From positions 9,661,534 through 9,725,533 of the forward strand of contig NC_083409.1 of the NCBI RefSeq assembly GCF_020745735.1: a DNA stretch of 64,000 bases, in the 5' to 3' direction. This DNA is from Hemiscyllium ocellatum (taxonomy: Eukaryota). Shown here in pieces: positions 22,401-35,115 of the stretch. The notes under the pieces were generated by a model that was not told the origin of the DNA, searched no databases, and was given only the letters and a program-made list of their open reading frames with translations. Each line of letters opens with the position of its first letter. Positions within the stretch are counted from its first letter, which is position 1. A program made the position numbers and the translations under genes.

Positions 22401-24277
22401 GAGCCATAACCTAGAGACTGCATCAGCTAAAAACTTGAGAGGGTGCACCGGGGGACAGTAAACGTTCAGGATGCCATACTCTTCTCCATGTCCCAGAGCC
22501 TTGAGATTAATGAACCATCCATGCTCATCCTTAGTTTGATCTATCACCTGAAATGGGAGGTTCCTTCATACCAGTATGGCCACTCCTCTGCCTTTGGAGT
22601 TGAAAGAGGAGAAGAATACCGTATCATATTCTCCCTGTTGTAACTTCAGATGTTCCCTGTCAGTCAAATGCATCTCTTGCAGTAGAGCGATATCAACCCT
22701 TTCCCTCTTCAGATTTGAGAGCACCTTTTTCCTTTTAATGGGGGAATGGCTCCCCTTTATATTCCAGGTGCACCACCTGAACAGATCGCTAGCCATGACC
22801 CCACACTGCAGCCCGCAGTCCCCCGGGAGGAAGAAGCGCATTCAATGTGTGAAGAGTGGGAAAAGAAACAGACTTTATCAAATCTAAAGACTATTTCTAC
22901 AAATGCCACCAAAACTACTAAAACTAAAAAAAATCTAACCACTGCTCCTAATGTCAACAAATAAACACAAAAAACACAAATTTCCAGAGATCCACCCTTT
23001 GCCCGTAGGGGCCATTCACTCCCAACCTCACAACCATCCCAGCTCCTTCCAGATAAGGTCACGCCCCACACCCAAGCAATGGGGAATTAAACATAATATT
23101 TCCACTCCGACAAGTTAACAATGGACACCACCCCTCCCCCTTCTCATCTCAACCCCACACATCTTTACATGAAAGGAGTAACCATCCCTCACCCAGCAAA
23201 TCAAAACAATAGAATAGCCAATAGCTACCAAACAGCTATAATATAAAACATACCGGATCTCTCACTAAAGCAATGCCAAACCTATAAAGCGTGAGATCCC
23301 AAAAGGGAAAAGAACAAAGAGAGAGAAGATTTTAAAAATTGTTATGCCATTGTTCACACACCTCTTCTCCCTCCTTCTCAAAGTCTATCATTTCAGCGAG
23401 TTCAAAAGTTCTTTTACTTTTCCCGCCGAGTCAAAGTTGTCGACAGCTCCTGTAACTGAAACGTAGCACCGCCGGGTACCTCAATGTTTAATTTTTTTTC
23501 TTGACATCATCAAAGGTCATTCTTTTCTTAATTATGGCCTCAGAAAATTCATGAAGAACATTATTTTCAAACCTTTATAAGCCAAAGCCTATGGATCCCT
23601 TCCCAGTCTTCTGGCTGTTTCTTTTTTTTAAATGCTTTTCCTTGTGATGCTGGAGTCACACTAGGACCGGGCGGGGGCACTGGGCCGGCCCAGACCTGTA
23701 CATCACGATCCGGTCGGCCCACTCCATATTCGCCCGTCCCGACTCGATCTCCAGGCTCAGCAATTCCAGAAGCCACCTCTTGAGGAAATCAGCGAGGTTT
23801 TCACCTTCTAAATGCTCAGGTCAGCCCAAGATCTGTAGATTGTTTTCCGACCTTGATTTTCGAGGTCATCGACTTGTTCCTTCAGGGCCTGAACCTGCCC
23901 TTCCAAGGTTTGAACCCGCCCCTTGGACCCCTCCATCGTGGCCTCCAAGGCTTCGTTAGTAAATTCTGTTGCTCCACTGAACTGAAGGGCGCTGCCACAG
24001 GGTTTGACATAATGGCTGTGGGTGTGCCTGACATAGTAGAGGAGTGCCCTGCCTGCTGCACTCCTCTAGCTCCCTTTCCTTTAGATGTCTTCGCTTCAGC
24101 TTCAGATCTTCCCAATCCTAATTTAAAGGGGCTCGAGGTTCTCTACCGACTTTCTACCACAAAGTTTTGTCAGGGGTGACTAACAATGGGGGAAGGGGTA
24201 GGATCCCACCTTGCCTGGGGTTTGGCACAGAGCCCAACGCACCAGTCTGTTCAGACTGCTGCCATCTTGAATCTCCC
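19430..24277 (-). mobile_element. Near full-length, decayed L1-clade LINE
   Basis: 5' start GGGAGATTCAAGATGGC at 24277. ORF1 from ~24115 has coiled-coil/RRM-type text. ORF2 starts at ATG 22796 with the APE domain (WNIKGSHSPIKRKKVL..ALLQEMHL, IIGGDFNC) and RT (LEAEMAFDRVEWSYL, RGSRQGCPLLPLLFTLVLEPLA). Many stops and frameshifts; a (CT)n(CA)n tract at 19567-19609. Confidence 0.85.
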
Positions 24278-25011
24278 ATACCCACTCTCTACTGATCACA
24301 CCCTCAAAACCTTCCCGAAGATGTGTCAGGCCTCATTTCCCTTCAGTAAACAGACCGAAAGTTTTCATGAGGAACCATTGCTCCATCTCCCACCACCGCA
24401 CACAAGTTCCCTTCCTGCTCTCGAATGGGCCTCATACATTCCTTCATTCTCCTCTTGTTCTTTCTGTGATTATAAAACATCACTGGGATATCCCGGACTT
24501 AATTTGGACACATCTCATCCTGTCAGCTCTTTGCTTTCCTCAGGTCCTGGTTACTTTCACCCTTGCATTTTGTCTTTCAGCTCATTTTTACCAAATCATT
24601 GCCCTGTTCAGTAAAATGGTTTGTTCCCAAGTGAAAACTTTTACACTTGCTCCATGGTTCTCCATTTCCATCCCTACTCTCAATCTCACTGAGTTCTGAT
24701 CACTGTCACTGAAATGCTCCCCCATTGATAGCCCTTCCAGCTGCTCACATTCATTCCCTCAGTAATGGTCCAAAACTGTCCCTTCTCTTTCACTATCACC
24801 CTCTCAGGGGAAATTAGGGATGGGTAATAAATGCTGGCCTGACCAGTGACACCCACATCCCAAGATGTAATTTAAACAATGTCTGTTCTTTTATGGGGTT
24901 TGTTAGGAGTTGGCGACAAATGTTCAAAATGGATTGTTTTGCCAGTTCATGTTCGGAGAGTTAAAATCCCTTCAAAAGGCAGGGATTAAAATTGCTTCTC
25001 TTGTCTTTCAG

Positions 25012-25340
25012 GCCGTGACAACTCTCAGTCCAAGCTGACCCTGCTGCCCCCCTTCCCGGAGCAGGTCAATGCCAACGGCACTGCCACCCTGGTGTGCCTT
25101 GCCAATCACTTCTATCCAGATGAGCTGGAGGTGCAGTGGAAGAAGGACGGTGCAGTCATTTTGGACGGGGTTCAGACCAGCAACTACCTGCGAGCTTCGG
25201 ACAGCACCTACAGTGTCAGCAGCCTGCTGACCCTCTCTGGGTCTGACTGGGAGTCCAATGCTCGCTTCTCCTGTGCCCTCACCCACATGACTCTCCCCTC
25301 TCCCCTCAGCAAGAACATCAGGAGATCAGAATGTGTGTAA
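25012..25340 (+). CDS. IGKC: Ig kappa (shark NS4/type III) light-chain constant exon, in frame
   Basis: Acceptor ttgtctttcAG, then phase-1 RDNSQSKLTLLPPFPEQVNANGTATLVCLANHFYPDELEVQWKKDG..SDSTYSVSSLLTLSGSDWESNARFSCALTH..RRSECV*. Both domain Cys, the Trp and the terminal interchain Cys are present. Confidence 0.93.
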
Positions 25341-25864
25341 AGTGTCTGAGACAGTCCACAGAGGAGACACAACTTGAAATAGAACAGCGCTGAGCTGGCA
25401 GGACAAAGGTCATTGTCAGCACTGAATTTCAACACTCTTCCTTCTTGGGACTGGCTTGGCGACATTTCTGAGGTTCAAGGGTTAAGGCAGGTCAATGGGA
25501 TAATCAAAAAGAAGCTCTACTCTATCAAACCCCATGCTGACCCTGTTCTGGGAGTGTTTGACTGGGGCAGTGATGTCCTGTGATGCCAAATCAAACCTAT
25601 TGAAAATGCTGAAATCTGTCAGCTGTACAAAACAATGTGAGCCTCAGAAGTCTCTGCTTCAGTAAAACAGACCTACTTCCTGCTCAGCTATCAGTTCCAG
25701 TTTTAGGTTTTGTCACTGTTTAAAGGGACATGATTCTTCGGTTATTGAGAAAATCTCCACAAGTGTTTTCCTCAAGCTCCATTGTGGCTGTGAATTTGAG
25801 CAGCTTCCTCTGTCTGGGCTGTTAATTGCTGACTGTTTTCTGTCAATGTCAATCTGGAAAAGGG

Positions 25865-25870
25865 AATAAA
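25865..25870 (+). terminator. Polyadenylation signal of kappa C copy 1
   Basis: AATAAA ~525 nt after the stop, at the homologous position in the second C copy (41990-41995, minus). Confidence 0.7.
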
Positions 25871-27344
25871 GATGAAGAAGATTCAGTCTCTGTCTTGTGT
25901 GTGCTTTGGAAATGGCCAGATCTGAAGCCTCAGGGAAAGCTGTGTGAAGTGTTCACCTCCACAGTCAAGGCCTGGAGAATGAGGGGGAGAATAGAGGGGG
26001 CAATGGGGTCTCCGGAGCAGGAGGGCAATGCCACCATTGTGTCCAGAAGGGGCACTTTCAGCAGGAATGCAGGGCCTCAAGGAAATCTTTCCCAATAGAT
26101 GGGGAAAAGAAGGAAGGCAGAAGAGGACAATGGGGAACACAATAATCTGATGGATATTCCCCATCAACGCTCACCCATCCCTTCAGCACAGCAAGATCAC
26201 AAGCCAAGAAATTCAAATCAACTGTTTGGGAGCCAGAGCCACTGGGAACCCTATATTGATGAATATGACCAGCAGGACCTTGTTACTCAGAATAACAATT
26301 GCACAATAACAATTTGGGAAATATTTATTCCATAAGTTAGACCTGGGTTTTCTTTATTCTTCAATTGAGATGGAATTGTCCCGTGTGTCCCTGGGGTCAG
26401 ATTGAGAATGTTCAGTCCGGGGAGTCTGGGAGTCACAGCTGGGGAGGACAGTCAATGATAAACTGGTTCTACTATCTGCTGTCATATTCTGTAGCCCCCG
26501 GACCATCTCAGTGACAACCATCCAGGGCTCATTGTCCTGACTTTTGTGTTCCTCAGTCCACACGTGGCTCCAGCAATCTCACTCTTTGGTTCTCTTATCA
26601 GTGGGAACCATGGGGCTGAAATCTTATCCGAACAGACCCTCACACAGCGGGGAGGCTACTGGTGGCTGAGAAACCCCTTGGATTCAGTCCCAGATTCCAC
26701 TGTGGCTCTTTCATTCAAACACAGCATTAGCACACTGATTCCACATTCAGAAGACAATCCTGAGATGGGGCAAGTTTGGTTCTTGATTCTAATGTGGGGA
26801 AATGGGGGCTGGGTGTGACATGTCTAGTCTGAAACTGGTGGGGGTACTTTATAATGAAGAATAGAAACTGATGTCAGAATAAAGTCAGGTGTTGATGGGA
26901 GTGAGGACTATCTCAGTGATCTGTCTCCAGAATCCACAGACGGTACACATCCTTCTGTCAGATCCTGTAGTCTGAGAAGAGTCCTTGACATCTAATATTT
27001 CTCCAACTTTCCCAAAAAAGGTGAGATATTTTCTGTGTCAGTGATTCCCTGGAACAGGACATTTTTAAAAAGGGCTGTGGGAAGGGAATCGTTGACTCTC
27101 AATGACAAAGCCAATGGAAGGATGTGAAATGTTAGGGCAGAGAGGATGACACCAGAAACAATTCAATGTTGTCGCTCTCTCCTTTGCAATTGCTAAACTG
27201 GCAATAATTGGTATTCCCTCACAATTTGCTCTCTTGTATTCGATCCATTTGCCTTTCTTGCTTTGCTTCTTTTGACTTGAGTCTGTGGGTAGTTCCATCA
27301 AAACCCAATCTCCTCACACTCATCCAGGCCCCTGAAGAGATTCA

Positions 27345-27600
27345 AGACAAAGAAAAACTGCAAATGCTGGAATCCAAGGTTGACAAGCAGAAGGCTGGGA
27401 GAACACAGCAAGCCAGGCAGCATCAGGAGGTGGAGAAGTCATCATTTTGTCTGTAACACTTCTTCAGGACTGGTGGTGGGTGTTGGGGGAGCTGCAGATA
27501 AAGGGAGTGGTGGGGGCAGAGTGGTGAGATGGGGATAGGTGAAGATAGGTAGAGGGTAATATCTGATTGGTTGATGGGAGGGATGAATACAAATTAATCT
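27345..27600 (-). mobile_element. Penelope-derived pLTR fragment
   Basis: ctgcaaatgctggaatccaagg..acagcaagccaggcagcatc..cttcttcagg resembles the PLE ends at 18985-19110 and 40370-40490. Confidence 0.6.
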
Positions 27601-28983
27601 CTCCATTGATTAATCAGGTCATACTCTCTATCATTCTCAACCTATCCCTCTCTCAACACCCTGCTCCGCCCCATCCCCTTTATCCCCTTTTCAAATTTTT
27701 CCTCATCTCACAGCCCATTCATTGGGTAAATTAATTGGGTAAAATTCCTGTGAACCACCTCCGATGCATTTATATTCTTCCTTCAATAAGGAGACCAAAA
27801 CTACCCTCAGTATTTGAGATGTGGTCGCACCAATGTCCAGGAATAACTGAAACATCACAGTCTCACTTTCTGGTCCTTAACCATGCCTACTCTCTCTTGT
27901 ACCAGGCTTTTTAACTGTCCATCTCTAATTGCCCTGGACCTGGTGGTGATTAGCTGCCTTCTTGAACCCCTGCAGTCCGTGTGTTGTTGGTAGACCGACA
28001 ATGTCCTTAGGAAGAGAATTCCAGGATTCTGACCCAGTGATGATGTAGGAGCAGCTTCATATTTCCAAGTCGAACTAGTGAATGACTTGGAGAGGAACTT
28101 GCTGGGGTGATGGTCCCGTGTATCTGCTGTTCTTGTCCAAATATAAGTGGTCATGGGTTTGGAAGCTGTTGTCTCAGGATGTTTGGTGAATCTTTGCAGT
28201 GCATCTTGTAAATAGTACACAGAGCTGTTACTGAGCATCGGTGTGGGGGGAATGCATGTATGTGAATGCGGTTCCAATCAAGCGGGTAAACTTGTTTTCA
28301 ACAATATTTAATTAAAATAAGATAAAACAACATAAAATTAAATATAAATAAAAATTTGCTGGCTTTTAGATAAACCATCACTGAACCCAAAAAGCTAACT
28401 CCTCCTCTCCCCACAGAGGCTGCACCTGTTGCCTTTCTCCAGCATCGTGCTTCTATTTGAGATTTGCAGTATTTTGGTTTTGTATCGGTTTTAAAGCCAT
28501 TGGTTATAAGAGAAGCATTGGCCAGCACACTGGGGGGATTTTCCCTGAGATGGTCACATCCCTTATATTCACATCGACCTGAGAGGGCAGTGGTTTAACC
28601 GATCATCCAGCAGATGGCGTCTTTGCCTTTGCCAGCCTCAGGATAGTGTTCCAGTGTCTGGAGTGGGGCTTGAGACACTGCAGGTTCAGGTGACAGTGTT
28701 ATCACTGAGGCTGTCTATTCTTTCCTGGGATGTGGGGGTCACTGGCAAGACCAGCATTTGTTCCCCATCCCTCACTGCCCTGAAAGTGAGTGGCTTGCTC
28801 GGCCTTACAAATGGTAGGTACCTGGAACACACTGCCAGAGGAGGGGGTGGAAGCAGACTCAATAGAAGTATTCAAGAAATATCTGCACTAATGCATGAAT
28901 AGGAAGGGAATAGATGGATATGAATTCTATAGCTGAAGACAGTTTCAGTGAGGAAGGGCAAAATGTGTAAGCACAGGCTTTAT

Positions 28984-29294
28984 GGGCGGCACGGTGGCAC
29001 AGTGGTTAGCACTGCTGCTTCACAGCGCCAGAGACCTGGGTTCATTTCCCACCTCAGGCGACTGACTGTGTATAGTTTGCATGTTCTCCCCGTGTCTGCG
29101 TGGGTCTCCTCCGGGTGCTCCGGTTTCCTCCCATAGTCCAAAGATGTGCGGGTCAGGTGAATTGGCCATGCTAAATTGCCCGTAGTGTTTGGTAGGGGTA
29201 AGTATTGGGGTATGGGTGGGTTGCGCTTCGGCGGGTCGGTGTGGACTTGTTGGGCCCAAGGGCCTGTTTCCACATTGTAAGTAATCTAATCTAA
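28984..29294 (+). mobile_element. HE1-type SINE
   Basis: Same consensus as 9510-9832. Confidence 0.9.
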
Positions 29295-29992
29295 TTGAAT
29301 TCTAAAGGCTGGGAGGGCCGAAGGGCCTGTTCCTGTGCTGTGTTGTTCCTTATTCTTTGGTCCCTGCTGTTGAATTGGATTCTCGGGAGCCAGCTCCGTA
29401 TGAAAAGCCTGTTCCCATTCTTTTGTTGGAGTTCATGGGGCAGCTGCTGCTTCCTTGCTACGGCACTGATCATACCAACAATGTGGAAAGCCTCTTGATA
29501 TTTTAAATACATTGTCTGCAGGAAAATGTTTGGCTGAGGTTTTAATATTGTTCAATAAGATAATGGCATCAATACACCAGTGTTGTTTACAGCTGGGAAC
29601 ATTTGCCATCATGGCCCGAGAATTAAATGGACCCTCATTCGTGATAATACAGTTTTTTTTAATGTTTCTTTCTCTTTACGTGTTATGAAATGGTTTGCAA
29701 GTTTTGATGAGGACAGTACATCTTCAACACTGATTGATGGAGTGGATGACTGTTTGAATTCTCACTTGTGATAATACAGTTTTAAATGTGTCAGTGTTAC
29801 TTTCCCCACTCTCTGGGGGAGTGTCGCTGTCACTATCCCTACCCCACCCTTCACTCTAGGGGTGATACCATTTTTAGCATGCTTTCTATTTGAGAATGTC
29901 CCTGTTCTTGTCCCCCCCTCTCTCAGGAAAGGGTGGGTGTTTGACATGCACCTGGTTTGTTAGTTCCATTTACTCTCTTGTGAACTGGGTAA

Positions 29993-30083
29993 AAATCTTC
30001 GAGGATCATGCCCGAAACGTCGATTCTCCTGCTCTTTGGATGCTGCCTGACCTGTTGCGCTTTTCCAGCAACACATTTTCAGC
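29993..30083 (+). mobile_element. Very short PLE-derived insertion with 14-bp TSD
   Basis: ..catgcccGAAACGTCgattctcctgctc..caacacattttcagc, flanked by TGTGAACTGGGTAA (29979-92) and TGTGAACTGAGTAA (30084-97). Confidence 0.75.
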
Positions 30084-30906
30084 TGTGAACTGAGTAATCC
30101 CTGTTTTACTCTGGTAATAGTGAGTTAAAGCCCAGCACAGTTGTGCTCGATTCTGGGACTGAGGATCAAGAACGGGGTCTGATCGCTGTCCCTGATTTGT
30201 GGGTCCTCTCTGATGGAGGCCATTGTCAAGACTGCCATCTCTTGGCCTGGAGAAGCACGAACATGCAGTGCTCATGGGAATAACCTGAAAGTGATCAGAG
30301 GACAAGGTCAAAAATCATACGACACCAGGTTATAATCCAATAGGTTTATTATAAGACACAAGCCTCGCCCCTTATTCAGGTGCTCAGAGGAGCAAACAAG
30401 GTGAATTTAATCAACAGAGAAAACAAACTCTGCTGTTCATTTCCTTCTCGGTTGACTCCGTTCTCCTCAATGACATGAACAAGAGACGAGGCAAGAATAA
30501 AGAATATAAGGACACCACCAGTGATGGCCTGAAATTCATAAGAACTCTCATCCAGCACTTTGATGAAAAGTAAGAGTATGTGAACAATGTTTGGTGACAA
30601 CATTGTCCTGCTTTTTCAATTTTTAGCATCGATTCAAAGCATAAAGAGTCTTTCTTTCTCCTTCCCACCTTGAAACTCTAACTGAGATGATCAAACCCAG
30701 CCACAGTTCATGTGACGGGTTGAGGGGATTGTCTTATGATCAAAAGAGGGGATTGAGAAGGTTGGGAGGAGATTTCACTGAAATATTTTAAATTTCCAGG
30801 GCCCTGACAGGGTATATTTTGGAAGGATGTGCCCCGACCTAGGGATTCTAAAGCAAAGTCACAGTCTGAGAATAAGGGGTTAGACATTTCGATCAGAGAT
30901 GAGGAA

Positions 30907-31057
30907 TGGGTGGCACAGTGGCTGGCACCACTGCCTTACAGTGCCAGGGACCCTCAGGTGACTGTCTGTGTGGAGTTTGTATGTTCCCCCTGTATCTGCA
31001 TGGATTTCCTCTGGGTTTCCGCTCTTCATCCAAAGATGTGCAGCTGAGGTGGATTGA
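30907..31057 (+). mobile_element. HE1-type SINE, partial and diverged
   Basis: gggtggcacagtggctggcacc..gtggagtttgtatgttcccc..caaagatgtgcag. Confidence 0.75.
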
Positions 31058-31674
31058 ATCTCATTAATACATACAGTAAGTAGTTAAGGCCTCAGCACAA
31101 AATCCTTGTGGAACACCACTCGTCACTTTCTTTCTCTGTTGTCTGTCACTAAACCAGCCTCCGAACTGAGTCAAACATTCATCTTCAATCCCATGGGTTT
31201 TAACTTTGGTTAGCAGACTGATTTGTGGGAAATTATCGTGTACTTCTGAAAGTTGATAAAACTATATGCCCTTTCGACTATTTTAATTAATACTTTTGGT
31301 TCATTAGTTAGAACCTACCCATCACAAATCTATGTGGGCTATTTCCAATTCTCTACATGTTCATTCTCTTGGCTGTTAATTATAGGTTCCTTTGAAACCC
31401 TCAAAAGAGATGTTAGATTGACCAGGATATAATTTCCTCGGCTCCACCTCTCAAGCTTCTTGAACCCGTGGAGTTACAGCAAGGTATTTTCCAAACTAAA
31501 GGAATGGTTGTTGTTTGGAACCTTGTGGAAAAATCTTCTGAAAATTCTTGCCCTTCTCCCCCTTCCCTTAAATCCCTGAGGCCCTGGAGATCTGTCAGCC
31601 TTTAGAGCTACTCATTTTCCAATGCTGTTTTCTAGCATGGATCAAGTTTTGTGAATGCCAATCTTCAATTGGAT

Positions 31675-32000
31675 GGCATGGTGGTTTAGTGGTTAGCACT
31701 ACTGCCTCACAGCACAGGGGACCTAGGTGCGATTCCTACGTCAGGTGACTGAATGTGTGGAGTTTGCACATTCTCCCTCTGGGTGGAGTTCCTCTGGGTG
31801 CTCCAGTTTCCTTCCACAATCCAAAGATGTGCAGGTTAGGTGAATTGATTGCGCTGAATCGCCCATCATGTTAGATGCATTAGTCAGGGATAAATATGAG
31901 ATTGGAGAATGGGTCTGGGTGGGTTGCTCATTGGAGGGTCAGTGTGGACTTGTTGGACCAAATGGCCTGTTTCCATACTGTTGGGAGTCTAATCTAATTC
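31675..32000 (+). mobile_element. HE1-type SINE
   Basis: Head, core and tail (ctaatctaa) are present. Confidence 0.85.
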
Positions 32001-33929
32001 ACTATTAACCTCCCTGGAATGGAAGCTGCATTATCCCGTTCCTTGACTGTGAAGACTGACACAACTAATTATTGAACACATCGGCCATTCCCTTAATCTC
32101 ATTCATGGAATTCCCAGCTTGTTTTTAAAGGGCTCACATTGCACTGGAGCCCCCTTGATTTTCTAACTTTCATGTAAAACATTTGTGTTATTCTTGTGAC
32201 CCCTTGCAGGTCTCTTTCTCAATCACTTGTTTTGTAGCTCTTGCTTCCTTTTTGTCTTCCTTTGCAGTTCTTCATATCTTCCTTCAGTTGCTGAATTCTC
32301 ACTGATATTCCGACATTTGAGTGTTCTCACCTTTAGTTTTTGTTTTCTCTCACTTATTTTATCAGCGACGATGTGCTAACAAGTGGGGACCTGTTCCATA
32401 CTTTGTTGACCATCTCCCCATCTCATTGGGAGTCTGATCTGACAATTTTGGCTGACACCAATCTCTGTTGCATTCTGTTTTCTGGGAGGTGGGTGTCACT
32501 GGCATCAATCAGCATTTGTTACCCAAGACTCATTGCCCTTGAACTGATGCCCTTGCTGTGGCCTCTCAGAAGGCACCTAAGAGTTGACCAGATTGCTGTG
32601 GGGCTGGAGTCACATGAGGTCCAGACTGGGTAAGACTGAGGCTGGACAGCATTCAGGGATCATTATCGTGGTCATCATTAATGAGGCTTGCTTTGTGATT
32701 TGAATTCAAATTCCAGCATTTGTCACTGGGGGAGATAATACAGTTCAATAGATTGTGGCAGGACCACTGTTTTGTATCTCATCTGAAAGACAACAGTTCC
32801 CTCAGTTTTGCAGTGTCAGCCTTGACTGTGTGCTCAACATAGGAATTAGGAGCGGGAGGAGGCAATTCAACCCTTCGAGCCCGCTCCGCCATGTAACAGG
32901 ACCGCGGATGATTTTATCCTGGTCTCAACTCCACTCTCCTGCCTGCTCCCCATCGCTCTTTCTCTCGCTTTTCATCTGAAACATCTTTCTTGAACCTGTT
33001 GATTGATTCTGCCTCCACTGCACTCTGGGGCATTGCATTTCACAGATTCACAACCCTCTGGGAAAAGTAGTTTCTCCTTCTCTCAGTTTTGAACCTACCG
33101 CCTCTCACTCGAAATCGATGACCTTTTGTTCCAGACTGTCCCACAAGGGGGAGCATCTATTCAACATCCACCTTATCAATCCCCTTTCACATTTTCTATC
33201 CCTCTACCAGATCCCTCCTCATTCTTTTGAACTCCAGTGAGTCCAAGCCCAAGCTCTTTAACTGCTCCTCGTAGGACAGCCCTTTCATCCGTGGGATCAG
33301 TCTGGGGAACATCCTCTGAACAGCCACCTCTGAAGGACTCTATGATCAAAATAGACTCCACAAAACTTCTGAGACAGAGGTGACAGTGCTCCCACTGACC
33401 AGGTTCCAGTTTGTACAGGGTTCCACTCTCAGCTGGATGGTTGGGAGTTGGAGCTGATTGTAAGTTGTATTTTGGAGAGGAATAAGCAACCTTTCTGATC
33501 AAAGCCTCCAGAAATGTGAAGGTGAAATTTATGAGCAATTCCGAGCAATGATCTACTCGGTTATTTTGACTCCTGGGGCCTGCTGAGTACTAAAACTCAG
33601 CATTTAGGGATTGCTGAGAAATATCTTCATTGACTTGGACATTAATTGTACTTTTCAGGTTCCACAGTTTAATGAAGAGTCCAGAAGATTATAGCTTTGG
33701 GTTATTTCCCGATCTCATTGTTGCTGTCTACAAGGCTGTGAAGGACACAGAGTGGAAGAAGTACTTTCCAAAAGAATAGAGGCTTCTCTTTTCTTCAAAG
33801 GGTTGCCATCTCTTGAGTAGATATGAGACAGAACCACATGCATGCTTCAGGGCTAGAATGGAAAGAAGGAACTTACATTTGTATCACAGAATCCCTATAG
33901 TGTTGAAGTAGGCTCTTCAGCCCCTTGAG

Positions 33930-34188
33930 TCCACACTGCCCCTCTGAAGGTCATTCTACCTAGACTCCTATCCTTTCTCTGTATGTTTCAATGGCTACTC
34001 TACCGAGACTGCACATCCCTGTACACTCTAGGCAATTTAGCATGGCTAATTTACCAGCCTGCAGATCTTTGGACTGTGGGAGGAAATCCCCACAGGCACA
34101 GGGAGAATGTGCAGTCTCCACACAGACCTTCCCGAGGTGGGTCCCTGGCGCTGTGAGGCAGTAGTGTTAATTACTGAGGCACTGTGTT
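33930..34188 (-). mobile_element. HE1-type SINE, diverged
   Basis: Reverse-complement SINE core (ggcaatttagcatggc..ctttggactgtgggagg..gcgctgtgaggcag). Confidence 0.75.
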
Positions 34189-34419
34189 TCCCATTATTGC
34201 TTGCTGTAATGTTTGTTTCATGACTTTATTGTTTTAAATAAACCAACTCAGAGAGTTAATGGATTGATTATAGGATCAGTATCTTTAACATGTCACGGTG
34301 AAAGGCCGGAGGAAACACTGTGCAGATGAGGCCGATTACACAAACAGCTTAATCTGCAGGTAGAAAATACGAACGACAATCTCCGATTGAGTGAAGGTGT
34401 ATGAGGCAACATATGGGCA

Positions 34420-34875
34420 AAGAAAAAAAGTAGGCCACTCGGCCCTTTGAACCTGCTCCCCCATTCAATAAAATTGTGGTTGATCTGATTTTAACCTCAA
34501 CTCTACATTCTCCGATAATGTTCCATCCCTTCAGTCATCAAGAATCTATTTCCCTCGGCCTTAAAAATATCGAAAGATTCTGCACCCACTGCCTTTTAAG
34601 GAAGGGAATTCCAAAGACTGACAACTCTGAGAGTAAAATCATGTTTCTGAATCTCTGTTTTGAATGGACTCTCCCTTAATTTCAAACTGTGATCCCTAGT
34701 TCTGGATTCTCCCACAAGAGGAAACATCCTTTCCACATCCACCTGGTCAAGGCCCCTCAGGATCTTGCATGTTGCAATGAAGCCTTGCATTCAGTTTCCC
34801 CTCACAATACACCATAATGTTCTATGAGCTTTCCTGATGACTTGCTGTACCTACACACTAACCTTCTGTGATTCA
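34420..34875 (-). mobile_element. CR1-type LINE 3' fragments
   Basis: Minus ORF ERMFPLVGESRTRDHSLKLRESPFKTEI..FTLRVVSLWNSLP. Confidence 0.75.
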
Positions 34876-34904
34876 TGCACAGAGACCCAGATATGGTTCC
34901 AGGG

Positions 34905-35115
34905 AAAATGTGTTGCTGGTTAAAGCACAGCAGGTTAGACAGCATCCAAGGAATAGGAAATTCGACGTTTCGGGCATAAGCCCATTCCTGATGAAGGGCT
35001 TATGCCCGAAACGTCGAATTTCCTATTCCTTGGATGCTGCCTAACCTGCTGTGCTTTAACCAGCAACACATTTTCAACTGTGATCTCCAGCATCTGCAGA
35101 CCTCATTTTTTACCC
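34905..35115 (+). mobile_element. Palindromic PLE-derived mini-element centred on a hammerhead, 13-bp TSD
   Basis: 80-bp arms (34904-83 and 34996-35075) with one visible mismatch surround attcCTGATGAa. Flanked by TATGGTTCCAGGG at 34892-904 and 35116-128. Confidence 0.85.
34984..35019 (+). ncRNA. Minimal type I hammerhead ribozyme
   Basis: attc-CTGATGA-a-gggc/ttat/gccc-GAAAC-GTC^-gaat. Stem I is attc/gaat, stem II is 4 bp and the core is intact. Confidence 0.75.

Noticed and set aside
26350-26570. Minus-strand LNLTPGT and (at 33330-33500) LEPGQW motifs, reminiscent of fibronectin-III exons
   Set aside because: Motifs too short, frames interrupted and no convincing splice sites.
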